A stretch of 64,000 nt of DNA from the human T2T-CHM13v2.0 reference genome, Homo sapiens, in the NCBI RefSeq assembly GCF_009914755.1, contig NC_060930.1; one strand, 5' to 3'. The first letter of the stretch is position 1. The number at the start of each line of letters is the position of its first letter. Made by a program: the position numbers and the translations under genes. The notes beneath the pieces were generated by a model, which was not told where the DNA came from, made no database searches, and saw nothing but the letters and a program-made list of their open reading frames with translations. Shown one piece after another: positions 23,200 to 46,399 of the stretch.

Positions 23200-24500
23200 T
23201 TTTGTTTATTGCCTACTCCAACGTCATGAAGATTTACTCCTGTGTTTTCTTCTAATAGGTTCATAGTTTTGGTTCTCACGTCTAGGTCTTTGACTTATTT
23301 TGACCTAACTTTTGTATGAGGTAGGGGCCCAACTTCATTCTTTTGGCACACAGATATCCAGTTATCCTAGCACTGTTAGTTGAAGACTGTTTTCCTCATT
23401 GAATGGTCTTGGCGCCCTTGTCAAAAATCAGTTGACCATAGATATATGGGTTTATTTCTGGATTCAGTTCTATTTGATCTATATGTTTATCCTTATGTCA
23501 GTACCACACAGTTTTGATTATTGGAGCTTTGTAGTAAGTTTTGAAAGCAGAAGTATGAGTCTTCCAACTTTGTTCTTTTTCATGAAGACTTTGGCTGTTC
23601 AGGGTCTCTTGGATTTCCATATGAATTTAATTTTATTCTTTTTGTGTGTGTGTGACAGAGTCTTGTTCTGTTGTCTAGGCTGGAGTGCAGTGGCATGTTC
23701 TCAGCTCACTACAACCTCTGCCTCCAGGGCTTAAGGAATTCTCGTGCCTCAGCCTCCCGAGTAGCTGAGATTATAGGCATGTACCACCACGCCCAGCTAA
23801 TTTTTGTATTTTTAGTAGAGACAGAGTTTCATCATGTTGGCCAGGCTGGTCTCAAACTCCTAACTGCAAGTGATCTGCCTGCCTCGGCCTCCCAAAGTGC
23901 TGGGATTACAGGCATGAGCCACCGTGCCTGGCCTCCATATGAATTTTAGAATCAGCTTGTCCATTTTCACACATATAAAAAAGCAGGTGGAATTCTGATA
24001 ATGATTATATTGAGTTGTAGAGTGATTTGGGGAGTATTGAAGTCTTAACAATATTAAGTCTTCCAATTCATGAACACAAAATTTTTCCATTTATTTAGGT
24101 CTTTTTATTCATTTATTTGTCTTTCTATTTATTTAGATCTGTAATTTTTTGGATAATGCTTTGTAATTTTCAGTGTACCTGTCTTGCACTTCTTTTGTTA
24201 AACTTACTCCTAAGTATTTTATCTTTTTTGATGCTATAGTGAATGAAACTGTTCTTAAAATTTTATTTTCATTCATATTGTCCATTGCTAATGTGTAAAC
24301 ATACAACCTTTTTTTCTTTTTAAGAGACAGAATCTTGCTATGTTGCCCAGGCTGGCCTCAAACTCCTGGGCTCAAGCAATTCTCTTGCCTCAGCCTCCCT
24401 GGTAGCTGGGACTACTCACATAAACCATGCCCAGGTAAAATACAGCCAATTTTTGTATATTTATCTTGTATCCTGCAACTTTGCTGAACTCTTTTATTAG
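23200..24500 (-). mobile_element. L1M ORF2 fragment, antisense, with Alu insertions
   Basis: gatttactcctgtgttttcttcta, ttgtcaaaaatcagttgaccata and aatattaagtcttccaattcatgaaca are typical L1 antisense sequence. Confidence 0.8.
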
Positions 24501-24592
24501 CTTTAATTTTTTTGTGTGACAGATGCCTGATTTTTATAGACACATGGCTCCTCATAGTATAGACCATACTTCCAGTTTCCCTTGCAGCTTGA

Positions 24593-25061
<469 letters not shown>

Positions 25062-25372
25062 TAGAGTTTTCCTGAAATATAGTAGGATTTCATAATCTTG
25101 TCTTTCTGGAATTGGTTTTACAGTCGCTGGTGTTAGAAGCATTGCCATCTTTGGTTTTACTTACATTAATTTCTGTCCCAGGCTGGCAGCTTGCTGCTTC
25201 TGTCCAACAAGTGTTCTTTTGGTAGCAACAGCAACACACATATTGTCATGGACTCACTGATCATGAAGAACAATCAGTTTCATTAGACTTATCTCTCTCT
25301 CTCTGTCCCTTCTGTAATTTTCCTTCCTGTTCTGGAACACTTTGCTTAGTTTTTTGCTTCCTCTGCAGCTAA

Positions 25373-25911
<539 letters not shown>

Positions 25912-25946
25912 TGAGCCACCGCGCCCGGCCAGCATAATGTTTTTAA

Positions 25947-26300
<354 letters not shown>

Positions 26301-26599
26301 TGAACCCCCGATCTCAAGTGATCCACCCGCCTTGGCCTCCCAAAGTGCTGGGATTACAGGCGTGAGCCAGTGTGCCAGGCCATTTTTAATTTTTGTGTAG
26401 AGATGGGGTCTTGTTATGTTGACCAGGCTGGTCTGGAACACCTGGCCTCAAGCAATCCTCCCATCTCAGCCTCCCAAAGCGCTAGGATTACAGGTGTCTG
26501 CCACTACATCTGGCCAGTTTAAGTACAACATTTATTAACCAGTATTGTGTTCTTGAGTGATTGTTTTTTTCCTCCCTCTCCACTTTATTTCTTCCAGCT

Positions 26600-26765
26600 T
26601 CATCCTGGTTGCCTGTTAGAATCACCTGGGGAGCTTTTAAAATCCCAGTGATCAAGTGCCCCTCAGACCTCTTAGCCGAGGAATTCTGGGGGCGGGGCCC
26701 AGCATCAGTGTTTTTTCAAGCCCTTCCAGGTGACTTCAATGCACAGGCAGCGAGAACTCCTGCAT
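26600..26765. mobile_element. MER5-family hAT-Charlie MITE
   Basis: ttagaatcacctggggagcttttaaaa...tctgggggcggggcccagcatcagtgttttttcaagcccttccaggtgacttcaatg. Similar fragments near 5500-5630 and 6375-6515. Confidence 0.7.
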
Positions 26766-28654
26766 GAAGGCTTCTGGAGAAGTAGGAAGGCTTAGAATGT
26801 CGCTCACTCATCTTTCACTTCCTGTAGCAACTGTTTCGTGCTCTTAAGTCTGGTATGTTTTGTTTTCTTGAATTTTAAGGTGTTCAGACTTAATCTTCTC
26901 TCGGCTTGGTTTTGGGGTTCATTAAGCGTTTCTCTTTTCCTTCCTAAAGCTTTACTAAATTTCTTATTATAATCTTTTCATGAAGTACTGGCTTTCCATG
27001 TCTTCTTTTTTTTTTTTTTTGGAGACAGGGTCTCACTCTGTCGCCCAGGCTGGAATGCAGTGGCGTGATCTTGGCTCACTGCAGCTTCCGCCTCCCGGGT
27101 TGGTTCAAGTGATTCTCGTGCCTCAGCCTCCGAGTAGCTGGGATTACAGGTGTGCGCCAGAAGACCCAGCTAATTTTTGTATTTTTAGTAGAGATGGGAT
27201 TTTGCCATGTTGGCCAGGCTGGTCTCAAACTCCTGACCTCAAGTGATCCACCCACCTCGGCCTCCCAAAGTTCTGGGATTACAGGCGTGAGCCACTGAGC
27301 CATGCCTTCTTTACATTCTTTTCTTCCTCGGTTCCCCCAAATCAGGGGCAGATTTTCTCTCATGTTTGCTTCATATCCTTCTGATTGTAGGTAAAACAAC
27401 CTCTTTGATAAATTCTCCCTCTGTAGCTTGATTTCTTCAAAATATATCATAACTTTTGCTCTTCTGCTAATAAAATGACATCTTTTACATAATTTATTTT
27501 TTAAAACATTTCTGCAGAGCCTGATGTTGAATCACTTCAGATCTTTTACTCTTTGTGGAAAAGAATGGTCCCCAAGAAGAAAATGGCAAATGCACCAATT
27601 CTCATTAGAGGCTCCCAAGGTGCCCCAGGAAAACCAGGGATTCCGAATCCAAAACAACCGCACTCTGGTTGGCTGGCAGATGGGCACCTCTTCTGTGTTG
27701 TTTCCCAGCCCTGTTCTCAAACACTGATGCCTTTCAGCTCGTGTGCAAACCACAAGCTTCTCCTGACAGGTGGAATTTCCTCAGGACTGTCCGTCTCAGG
27801 TCTTGTTCCGCCTTCTCTGGTGGCGTCCTGTCATTTCTCTTCTGGGCCCTGACCCTTGTGCTCTTATTCATGGTTGTTCAGTTCCAGTGTCCTCCGGATG
27901 TTGTTGCTTGCTCCTGCGTGGGTCTCAGGGCTGGCCAGTGACAACCTTTTCTCCCCTGCAGGTGCGTCCATGTCTGTCTGCACCTGGATGGCATCGCCTC
28001 TCCATCTCGAGGACGCCATCTGGAGGGGTGAGTTCCAGGGTCAGGGAAGGAGGGCAGGAGGGTGGAGGAGGACTGGGTAGCCTGGAGCAGGGGCCCAGGA
28101 CCATGTTTAAGAGCTGGGGAGGAGGAGAGTGTGAAGCAAGAGGAGGAGGAGGGGACAGGGACGGGGACGGGGGAGGGGGAGCGGGAGGAGAGGATCTACT
28201 TGTGTCTCCAAGACTGTGTGCTGTTATTATCTGGTTCTAGCCGTCAGGCAAGTCTTTACTGGATTACCTCCCGCCTGAACTATTCCCTCCCTCTTCTTTC
28301 ACCCGCAGGGCAGGGCAGGGTGGCTGATCCCCTGCAGGCCCCAGCCCTGTGACTCAGCCACCAAAGCCCAATCTCCAGCCCAAGGGAACCAAGGGTATCT
28401 TCTTCATCATCCTTCCAGTCCTCTTCCCCTTCGCCGGGCTCCAGCCTCAGCTTGGCCCTCACCTCCACTCCTCTCCCCTCTCACCCCTGCCCCCATTCCA
28501 CTTCATCTCCCTCCCTCACCTTAGGGCACCTCTGCCTGCTCCTTATGCTGGAGTTGATTTTCTACAATCTCAACTCAGCCAAGAGATCTCATCACCTAAA
28601 AAAGTGATGTGAACCTTAAGATCACATATGTCATATGGGGGTGAAGGTGGGGGT

Positions 28655-30510
<1,856 letters not shown>

Positions 30511-30599
30511 AGCGCAGGCGTGGGAGCCCTTGCTCAGCCATCCCGGGAGCTCTGCTGTGCCAGACTATTAGCTTGGGCTCCCATCCTGGATGGCTGAGC

Positions 30600-32890
<2,291 letters not shown>

Positions 32891-33039
32891 AGGTGGAATA
32901 AGAGCCAGGGCCTTTTCCAAGGAGTAGGTCAATGCTGGGGCAGAGTTGTCAACTGCCAGGCTGACTGTGGAAGGCACACCCCAACATGCACACAGAGCCC
33001 CTGGGCAAAGGCTGTGAGGCTTGCTGGTTCCAGGCAGTG

Positions 33040-35370
<2,331 letters not shown>

Positions 35371-35417
35371 CAAAGCTACTCTTCTCCCATCACACAGTCT
35401 GATTTCTGCAAATACGG

Positions 35418-35909
35418 TATTTCAGTTATCTGTTGCTGTATGACAAATCACCCCAAAACGTAGTGGCTTAAGACAGCAGCAACCATTTAAATAAAAATTC
35501 TGTATTTTAGGCAGGCTCTGTGGGTATGACTCAACTCTGCCTCCACATGGTGGTGGCTGGAATTGCATGCATCCAGAAGCTCAACTGGGCTGTAACTTCC
35601 AAGATGTTCCACTCACAGCTGGTAGCTGGTGCTGTTAGCTGAGGCTACAGTTCTGGGCTTTTCCTTGTTCTATCTTGGGCTTCCTTACAGCATGGCAACT
35701 GCATTCCAAGAAGGAGTGTTTCAAGTATTGAGAGTGGAAGCTGCCGATGTCCTGGAGACCAACCTTGAAAGTCACACAACATCACTTCTGACACCTTCTA
35801 TTGGTCAAAGCGTGACACAGCCTGTCCAAATTCAAGGGGAGGGGAAACAGACTCCACTTCTTCATGGGAGGAGTGGCAAAGAAATTGCAGCCATCTTTAT
35901 TCCATCACA
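35418..35909 (-). mobile_element. MaLR MLT1-type LTR
   Basis: tcagttatctgttgctgtatgacaaatcaccccaaaacgtagtggcttaa...cagactccacttcttcatgggaggagtggcaaag...ccatcaca. Confidence 0.7.
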
Positions 35910-36053
35910 TATGGCTTGCCTGCATGATTCCTCAATTGGCCGCTTTTGCTTTGTTCCTTGGGAGCAAAGCAGACCCAGGGGTGTTCTTGCAGCTGCTGTT
36001 GATCTGCTCCAGTTGCTGCAAATAAGATTTTATTTATTTACTTATTTATTTGA

Positions 36054-36212
<159 letters not shown>

Positions 36213-36914
36213 TAATACAGACGGGGTTTCTCCATGTTGGTCAGGCTGGTCTCGAACTCCCAACCTCAGGTGATCCACCCACCTGGGCCTCCCAAAGTGT
36301 TGGGATTACAGGCGTGAGCCAACGTGCCCAGCCAAGATTTTATTTTTATACACTAGGGTGTGCCCCTCGCCCTCAAGGCATGCACTTTGCTGCTTCTCAC
36401 ATTTGGGTGTGTGTAGGGGGATGGGAAACCAGGCAGAGAGGTCATGGGCACAGACTCTGGGGCCAGATGGCCCGGGTTTGAATTCTGCCCGTGTCACCTG
36501 CTTACTGTGTGACTGTGCGCAGTCACGTCATCTTTCTGAGCCTCAGCGTCATTGCAAATGCTGTGCAAGTGTTTGCTTCTGCAGTTGCTACTGCTCTATC
36601 TGCAGCCACAGGCACCCTCTGTGATCTTCCTCCTGTCCCTCTGCTGGATCCCTGCTGCCTTCAGCACTCTGGCCTATTTTAGTACTCAGGATCTCGGGTA
36701 GCTCCTAGGTTTACTGGAAATGGATTTTATGTTTCTGTATCTCATTCTCCATGTTGCTTCTCATGATTTTTGAGAGGAGGGAGGAAAATGCTAATTTTAT
36801 TCTACCATACACAAACCAGAAGTCCAAAAAAAACAATTTTTTTCTTTTTTTGAGACAGGGTCTTGCTCTGTCGCCCAAGCTGGAGTGCAGTGGTATGCTC
36901 TGGGCTCACTGTAA

Positions 36915-37127
<213 letters not shown>

Positions 37128-37419
37128 TGACCCAACAAAAACAATTTTGAAGAGGAACAAGAATAAGCTTTCACCACCAGCTATCATGATTAAAACTATG
37201 GTCTTGGCACATGGATAGCTGTGTGTCTTTGTCCCTCTTTATCCATCCTAATAGAACAGAATTGGCAGCCTAGAAAGAAATCCAACGGGTGCAGGAGTTT
37301 GGCTCTGACAGAGGTGGCATAACAAACCATGAAGGAAAGAATGGACTAAGCGGTACGTGGTGCTGAAAAAGCTAATATTAGATCCTTACCTTCCACCATA
37401 CAAAGTACATTCTAGACTA

Positions 37420-37953
<534 letters not shown>

Positions 37954-38908
37954 TCAGCAGCAGGGAGAAGGTGGCACCAAGTATGCAGAGGACCTGGCCA
38001 GCCAAAAGGAAGTGGGTTTGTAACGCAGAGCCTGCGCAAGGCAGTAGGTGCTTCTGAAGGGGGGTGTTCAGCATGGGGCTGAAAGAGAGGAGAAGCTGAA
38101 AGTCTTCCAGAGACCACTCCCATTACATGCAGCCAGGCAGCTGCCCCTCCCTGCTCCAAGCGGAACACTGGCCTCTTCTCTGGCAAGGCTGTGCCATATA
38201 CATGCTCAACTTGGTGACCTTGGCAACCCCAGACTCAGCTGAGGATGGAGGGAGGTAACAGCCTGGAAAGAGCATGGGTGAGTGGATGCTGACTTCCAGG
38301 AAAATTCCTCTCTGGGGAAATGGACCAGCTCAAGAGGAAAAAGCCACAGAGACTTCCATTCTGGGGCTTCCCAATAACCTTTCTTTTCTTTTTTCTTTTT
38401 TTATTAATAGAGACAGGTTCTCGCTGTGTTGCCTAGACTGGCCTTGAACTCCTGGGCTCAAGCGATCCCCCTGCCTTTGCCTCCTAAAGTGCTGGGATCA
38501 CAGGTGTGAGCCACCTTGCCCAGCCCCCAATAACCTTTCATATGACAAGTTGCTAAGCCTCACCTAGAATCAAGGACATAGAAATCAAAGCAACAGTGAG
38601 ATATAATGTCCCATAAAATTGGAAAAAGTTAATGGATTTTCTAAAACCAAATGGTGGTAAATATGTGGGAAACCTGAACTCATACTCACGCTGATGGTTT
38701 TTGGTAAACTAGTACAACTACTTGGGAGTTTGTCAATACCTAGTGAAGTTGCAGATGCTTAGACCCTATGTCGACTTTCATACATGGACACAAGGAGACA
38801 GGTGTACAAGGATATGTGTCGTAGCACTGTTCACAATAGTAAAAATGTGGGAACAACCTAACTGTGCCCCAAGAATGGAATGAATATAGTTGATAAGTTG
38901 TCTCTTAA

Positions 38909-39632
<724 letters not shown>

Positions 39633-39673
39633 TAGTAGCTGGTACTATAGGCATATGCCACCACACGGGCTAA

Positions 39674-39892
<219 letters not shown>

Positions 39893-40224
39893 TAGTAGAG
39901 ACGGGGTTTCACTGTATTAACCAGGATGGTCTCGATCTCCTGACCTCGTGATCCGCCCACCTCGGACTCCCAAAGTGCTGGGATTACAGGCGTGAGCCAC
40001 CGTGGCTGGCCTTATTTATTTATGTTTTTAAAGAGACGAGGGTCTCACTGTGCTGCCCAGGCTGGTCGTGAATTCCTGGCTTCAAAGGATCCTTCCACTT
40101 CAGCCTTCCAAAGTGTTGGGATTACAGGCATAAGCTATGATACCTGGCTGATCCTGTCTCTAAAATAAAAAAAATTTTTAAAAAGTGAGTTGCAAAAGCA
40201 TCACCCTTTTTAACCAGATCCTTA

Positions 40225-40640
40225 ACTGTAAGCAACAGAAAATCCTTCTGACTTTAAGCAGGAAAAGGATTCATTGGAAGGATATTGGGTAGTTCACAAA
40301 ATCACTGAGAGGGCTGAGGAACCAAGATCCAAGACTAAACCATTTCTGCAGTTAAGCCCCAGCCCTTCGGCTGGCACAGCCATCGCCTGCCAGCTCTGGG
40401 CAGGTACAAGGGAAGCTGCCTCTGATACTACTGCCTCTGCTACCCTGGAAATTTTCCACAATTGCTTCTGCCTCGTGCAGCCTCTGCAACTCTAGTGCTG
40501 AATGCCAAGTTAGGGGAAGTGGGTCTGGCCGGCAGAGCCTAGGTCACATGCCTACCCCTATTGCAAGGGCAGGCGGGCAGCTGGCCTTTCAGCCTTTATG
40601 GTGGAAGTGGGCTCAGCCTCCTACATAGGAGGGGGTCTCA
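40225..40640. mobile_element. Old MaLR (MLT1K/J/L-like) fragment
   Basis: gtaagcaacagaaa...aagcaggaaaaggattcattggaaggatattgggtagttcaca...gcctaggtcacatgcctacccc. Confidence 0.55.
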
Positions 40641-40655
40641 AACACTGAGCAGCTA

Positions 40656-40971
<316 letters not shown>

Positions 40972-41015
40972 TTAAAATTAAAAAAAATAATAAGTGGGTA
41001 CATTGCTATCATTTA

Positions 41016-41327
<312 letters not shown>

Positions 41328-41898
41328 CTACAAAAAAACCTAAAAAGTAGCCAGGGATGGTGGTACATACCTGTAGTCCCAGCTACTAGGGAAGCTGAGG
41401 CGGGAGGATCACTTGAGCCAGGAGGTGAAGGCTGCAGTGAGCCATGATCAAGCCACTGCACTCCAGCCTGGGTGACAGAGTGAGACCCTGTCTCAAAAAA
41501 ATAAAAGAATAAAACCTCTCAAAGATGGCAAAAATGTTCATATCTGTTTATGCTGGTGGCGGGTACATGGGTATCACTATATTCTATACTTAACTGTAGG
41601 AAATATTTCCTAATTTCAAATGGAAAAAAATTACTTCAATGAATCAGAAATATGTGCCAAGCAGCTCGGGTCCCTTCAGGTGTTTCCTTATGTAACCATT
41701 TACTTGTGAATTAGCCCTGTGCCCACCAAAGGAAGTAGAAAGCTTTGCTTGCTCACACCTGCCTGTCTTTCCACGTGTCGCATTCTCCGTGAGAATGGCA
41801 GGGCACTCGGCTGAAACTGTGAGGCTGATGAATACGTGACCTAGTGCTGGTTACTGGAAAGGAGTGATTTATTTCATTACTGAAATTCTAAGTCCCTA

Positions 41899-42180
<282 letters not shown>

Positions 42181-42792
42181 TTAAAAAAAAAAAAAAAAAA
42201 AAAAAATCTAAGCCCCTTAACAAGCCTTCTGAGAAGTTATCGAGTTTGGAAAATCAGAGACAAGAAGAGAAGAGAGAATAAGAATCTCAGAAAAGTGGGA
42301 AAGATTTTGTCAAAAAAAGCTTTTGTTTAGACATTGACTCTACTGCATCCAGTAGAAATGAATTAGTGTGTTTCTATATGATCTTTTCTTTTCTTTTCGT
42401 TTGAGTCAGGGTCTTGCTCTGTCACCCAGGCTGGAGTGAGTGACACCACCATAGCTCACTGCACCCTCTAACTCCTGGGCTCAAGTGATCCTCCCACTTT
42501 AGCCTTCCAAGTAGCTGGAACTACAGGCGTGCACCACCACTCTCGGCTAATTTTAAAATTTTTTGTAGAGACGAGGTCTCAGTATGTTGCCCAGGGTGGT
42601 CTCAAACTCCTGGGCTCAAGCAATCTTCCCACCTCAGCCTCCCAAAGTGCTGGGATTACAGACGTGAGCCACTGTGCCCAGCCTATATATGATTTTTAAT
42701 AACAGGATATCAGTTTCTCCCTGTCCAGCTTCCCACCCCTACCCCATAAATGTTTAGCAAATATTTAAAGACTATAGCTTTGAAAGGTTACC

Positions 42793-43790
42793 TGCAGGGT
42801 CCAGCCCCACAGGCTCAGTGGGTCTCTCCCCGTGTGCGGAGACGAGAGAGTGTGGAAATAAAGACACAAGACAAAGAGATAAAAGAAAAGACAGCTGGGC
42901 CCGGGGGACCACTACCACCAATGCGCGGAGACCGGTAGTGGCCCCAAATGTCTGGCTGTTATTTATTGGATACAAAGCAAACGGGGCAGGGTAAAGAGTG
43001 TGAGTCATCTTCATTGATAGGTAAGGTCACGTGGGTCACGTGTCCACTGGACAGGGGGCCCTTCCCTGCCTGGCAGCTGAGGCAGAGAGAGGAGACAAAG
43101 AGAAAGACAGCTTACGCCATTATTTCTGCATATCAGAGACTTTTAGTACTTTCGCTAATTTACTACTGCTATCTAGAAGGCAGAGCCAGGTGTACAGGAT
43201 GGAACATGAAGGCGGACTAGGAGCGTGACCACTGAAGCACAGCATCACAGGGAGATGGTTAGGCCTCCGGATAACTGCGGGCAAGCCTGACTGATGTCAG
43301 GCCCTCCACAAGAGGTGGAGGAGCAGAGTCTTCTCTAAACTCCCCCGGGGAAAGGGAGACTCCCTTTCCCGGTCTGCTAAGTAGCAGGTGTTTTCCCCTG
43401 ACACTTACGCTACCGCTAGACTTCGGTCTGCCTGGCAACGGGTATCTTCCCAGAAGCTGGCGTTACCGCTAGACCAAGGAGCCCTTCTGCTGGCTCTGTC
43501 TGGGCATAACAGAAGGCTCGCACTCTTGTCTTCTGGTCACACCTCACTATGTCCCCTCAGCTCCTATCTCTGTATGGCCTGGTTTTTCCTAGGTTATGAT
43601 TGTAGAGCGAGGATTATTATAATATTGGAATAAAGAGTAATTGCTACAAACTAATGATTAATGATATTCATATACAATCATATCTAAGATCTACATCTAG
43701 TATAACTATTCTTGTTTTATATTTTATTATACTGGAACAGCTCGTGTCCTCGGTCTCTTGCCTCGGCGCCTGGGTGGCTTGCTGCCCACA
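42793..43790 (-). mobile_element. Solo LTR13-family LTR (HERV-K/HML-4 type)
   Basis: 998 bp with TG...CA termini and perfect 6-bp TSD GTTACC (42787-42792, 43791-43796). Minus-strand start TGTGGGCAGCAAGCCACCCAGGCGCCGAGGCAAGAGACCGAGG matches my recollection of LTR13. Confidence 0.9.
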
Positions 43791-43929
43791 GTTACCAAAT
43801 TGTGACTGTCAGGGTTGCCACATCTCAGCTTGGCCCTGAGTATACTTTCTGGAACATAATGTGAGCGTAATATATGTTAGCTATTATTACTCAATGACCA
43901 AAAAAAAAGGAAAAACAACAACAACAACA

Positions 43930-44621
43930 AACAAATAAAAAATGGGCAAATGCCCAGTGTGGTGGCTCATGCCTGTATTCCCAGCACTTTGGGAGGCCAA
44001 GGTGGGAGCATCACATGAATCCAGGAATTCAAGACCAGTCTGGGCAACAGTGAGACTCGGTTGCTAAAAACAAAAAGCTAGGTGTGGTGGTACATGCCTG
44101 TAACCCTAGCTACTCAGGAGGCTGAAGTGTAGAGATCACTTGAGCCCAGGAGTTCGAGGCTACAGTGAGCTATGATCGCATCACTGTATTCAAGCCTGGG
44201 TGCCGCAGCAAGACCTTGTCTCTAAAAAACAGAAGGAAAAAAGGGGGGAAAGACTTGAATAGACATTTCTCTGGAGGTGATACACAAATGCTCAATAAGC
44301 ATATGAAGAGATGCTCCACGTCGCTAACTTCCAGGCAAATGCAAATCAGAACCACAAAGGGATAACACCTCACACTCACCAGAATGGCTGCTCTAAAAAC
44401 AAAACAGAAAATAACAAGTGTTGGTGAGGACGTGGGCAATTGGGACCTTTGTGCACTGTTAGTGGGAGTGTAAAATGGTGCATCTGCTGTGGAAACTGTA
44501 TGACAATTCCTCAAAAAATTAAAAATAGAGTTACCCTTTGATCCAGCAATTCTACTTGTGGGCGCAGAACCAAAAGAATTAAAAGCAAGGTCTCCAGGAG
44601 ATATTTGTATAGCCATGTTCA
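43930..44621 (+). mobile_element. L1M (L1MB/MA-like) ORF2-end/3' fragment interrupted by an Alu (~43950-44240)
   Basis: aaaaatgggcaaa...gacttgaatagacatttctc...atgaagagatgctccac...atccagcaattctac is typical L1 3' ORF2 sequence. Confidence 0.8.
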
Positions 44622-46330
44622 TGAGAGCTATTTTAATAAGCCTTTGCATTAATCCTCGGGCACAGGGTATGATACAGCATCCTACAAGAATAAGGAACCC
44701 TATTTTGATGGTAGGAGAGGTGAGGATTGAGGACATAAGTCCCTTCCGTTTGCCGAACCAATTTCCCATTAAATTTGTGAAAGGGCCGTTTAGTCTAGAA
44801 TTTTTGCTAACTTGTTGGATAAGGAGGTTAGGCCTTGCAAAGCCTTTGTTATTGTTTTGTCGGGGGCTGTGTTATTAGGGATAAAAGTATAACATTGGAC
44901 TTTAATCATGACACAGACTCCGGCCTCTTTCGCTAGTATTATGTTTAATGCTATTCTGTTTTCCCAGGCCATTTGACTGGTGGGTCCTGATTGTCCAGCT
45001 ATCCCTTTAATAGTGTCTCTAGTATACTTAACAAATCGTTGTTGGTTGTAATAAACGTAATTTGTCTAATCTACATTTTTGTTTATAGTTGACCACCAAA
45101 ACAGCACAGATTAAAACCCTGCAGCTATTTGATTCTGGGCTTTAAAGTTATCTGGTACTCTTTGTGGAATTCTAATAGCGTCTATATAAATGTGAGGGTT
45201 AGAAGATCCAGTGGAGTGCTTTTTATTTTTTTTTTTAACTCGGTTCTGACTTTCTTGCTTACTGTGTTGGCGGAATGCCAGGGTGACAGGGATGGCCAAT
45301 TGAACGAGAGCACAAGTGCCACTCCAGTGACTCGGCAGAGAACTTCATAGTAGTTTCCCGCAATACCACCATACGTCTGCTCGGGAGTGAGTAAGGGCAG
45401 CTTGACTGGTAAGTTCTTGGAAAGGCTTAGTCTCACTGCACCATTTTAGGTCTTTGAGAGACATTAATTTCTCCCCCTGCCGTGAGAGACCCGAGGTAAA
45501 ATTAACATCTGAGGCTGGAGGCCGGGTGGCCCCTGGGGGCTGATCCACAGAGCCTTTGACTTTGGGGAATAGCAATGAGAGTCTTGTGTGGCTTGCTGCC
45601 CCAGGTTGTGGAGTTTTGGAAGAAACTTACCATGCAGCTTATGCCCAGTTCGTTAGAAGACCATCCAAGAGGGAAAGGGACTATTTGAGCCTCTGGCCTG
45701 TCTGTTGCACCAGTGTAACAGTTGTTTTTATTTAGTGTGCAAACAGAATATTTAACCCATTCCAACCAGGCATTTGCATTTTGGTATCCTGTCTCGACTG
45801 CTAAAGTTTGTTTTAAATCTCTAATATTTGTAATGTCGACTATGGCTTTGTTATTGGAAAAAATAACAGTCTGAATGAAAGAAGGCTCTGGAGAAGGAGA
45901 AAGGGAAGGGGGTGGGGGATCAATGAAGCACATTTCAAAAGATCCTATTGGGTCTGTCCCAGAATGAAAATTAGCTTCTAGGCCACAGAAATGGCTTAGA
46001 GTGGGGTTAGCATCAGTGGAGGTGGGGACAGTGATGAAGATTTGTATAGGGTTACACTGCTGAGGCTGACAATTAGGGGGAGTTATGCCTTTGGTAAGGT
46101 GGATATCGGGCTTTAGATTAATGCAGCTTCCTCCTGGGGAGGTCTAGCCTTGATATTTCGTGGTCCAGAGTTCATCTCCCTAACCATAACAGAACCTCCA
46201 CCCCGCGCTTTGTGCACATCTGGTACAAGTTTTATTATTATAGGCAGTTTTGTTTATTTTGGAGGGGCAAAGGTACTTATTGATAGAGGCTAACTTTCTT
46301 TGGTTTTGGAGATCCTTCAGGGTCTCCTCT
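44622..46330 (-). pseudogene. ERV env remnant (SU and TM), frameshifted, truncated in the cytoplasmic tail
   Basis: ORF fragments 45933-45502, 45299-45111 and 44972-44790 (immunosuppressive-like segment, degenerate CX6CC), and 44769-44622 (TM anchor ...IGFLILVGCCIIPCARGL). Confidence 0.85.
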
Positions 46331-46399
46331 TCATGAGGAGGGTTGGGTTTTTCTTAGCTTTAGTTAGGTAGCACTTTCCCCTGGAACAGTAGCCCGTGA

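Noticed and set aside
44622-46330. Possible domesticated (syncytin-like) env
   Set aside because: Multiple frameshifts and stops, a broken CX6CC motif and a 3' truncation.
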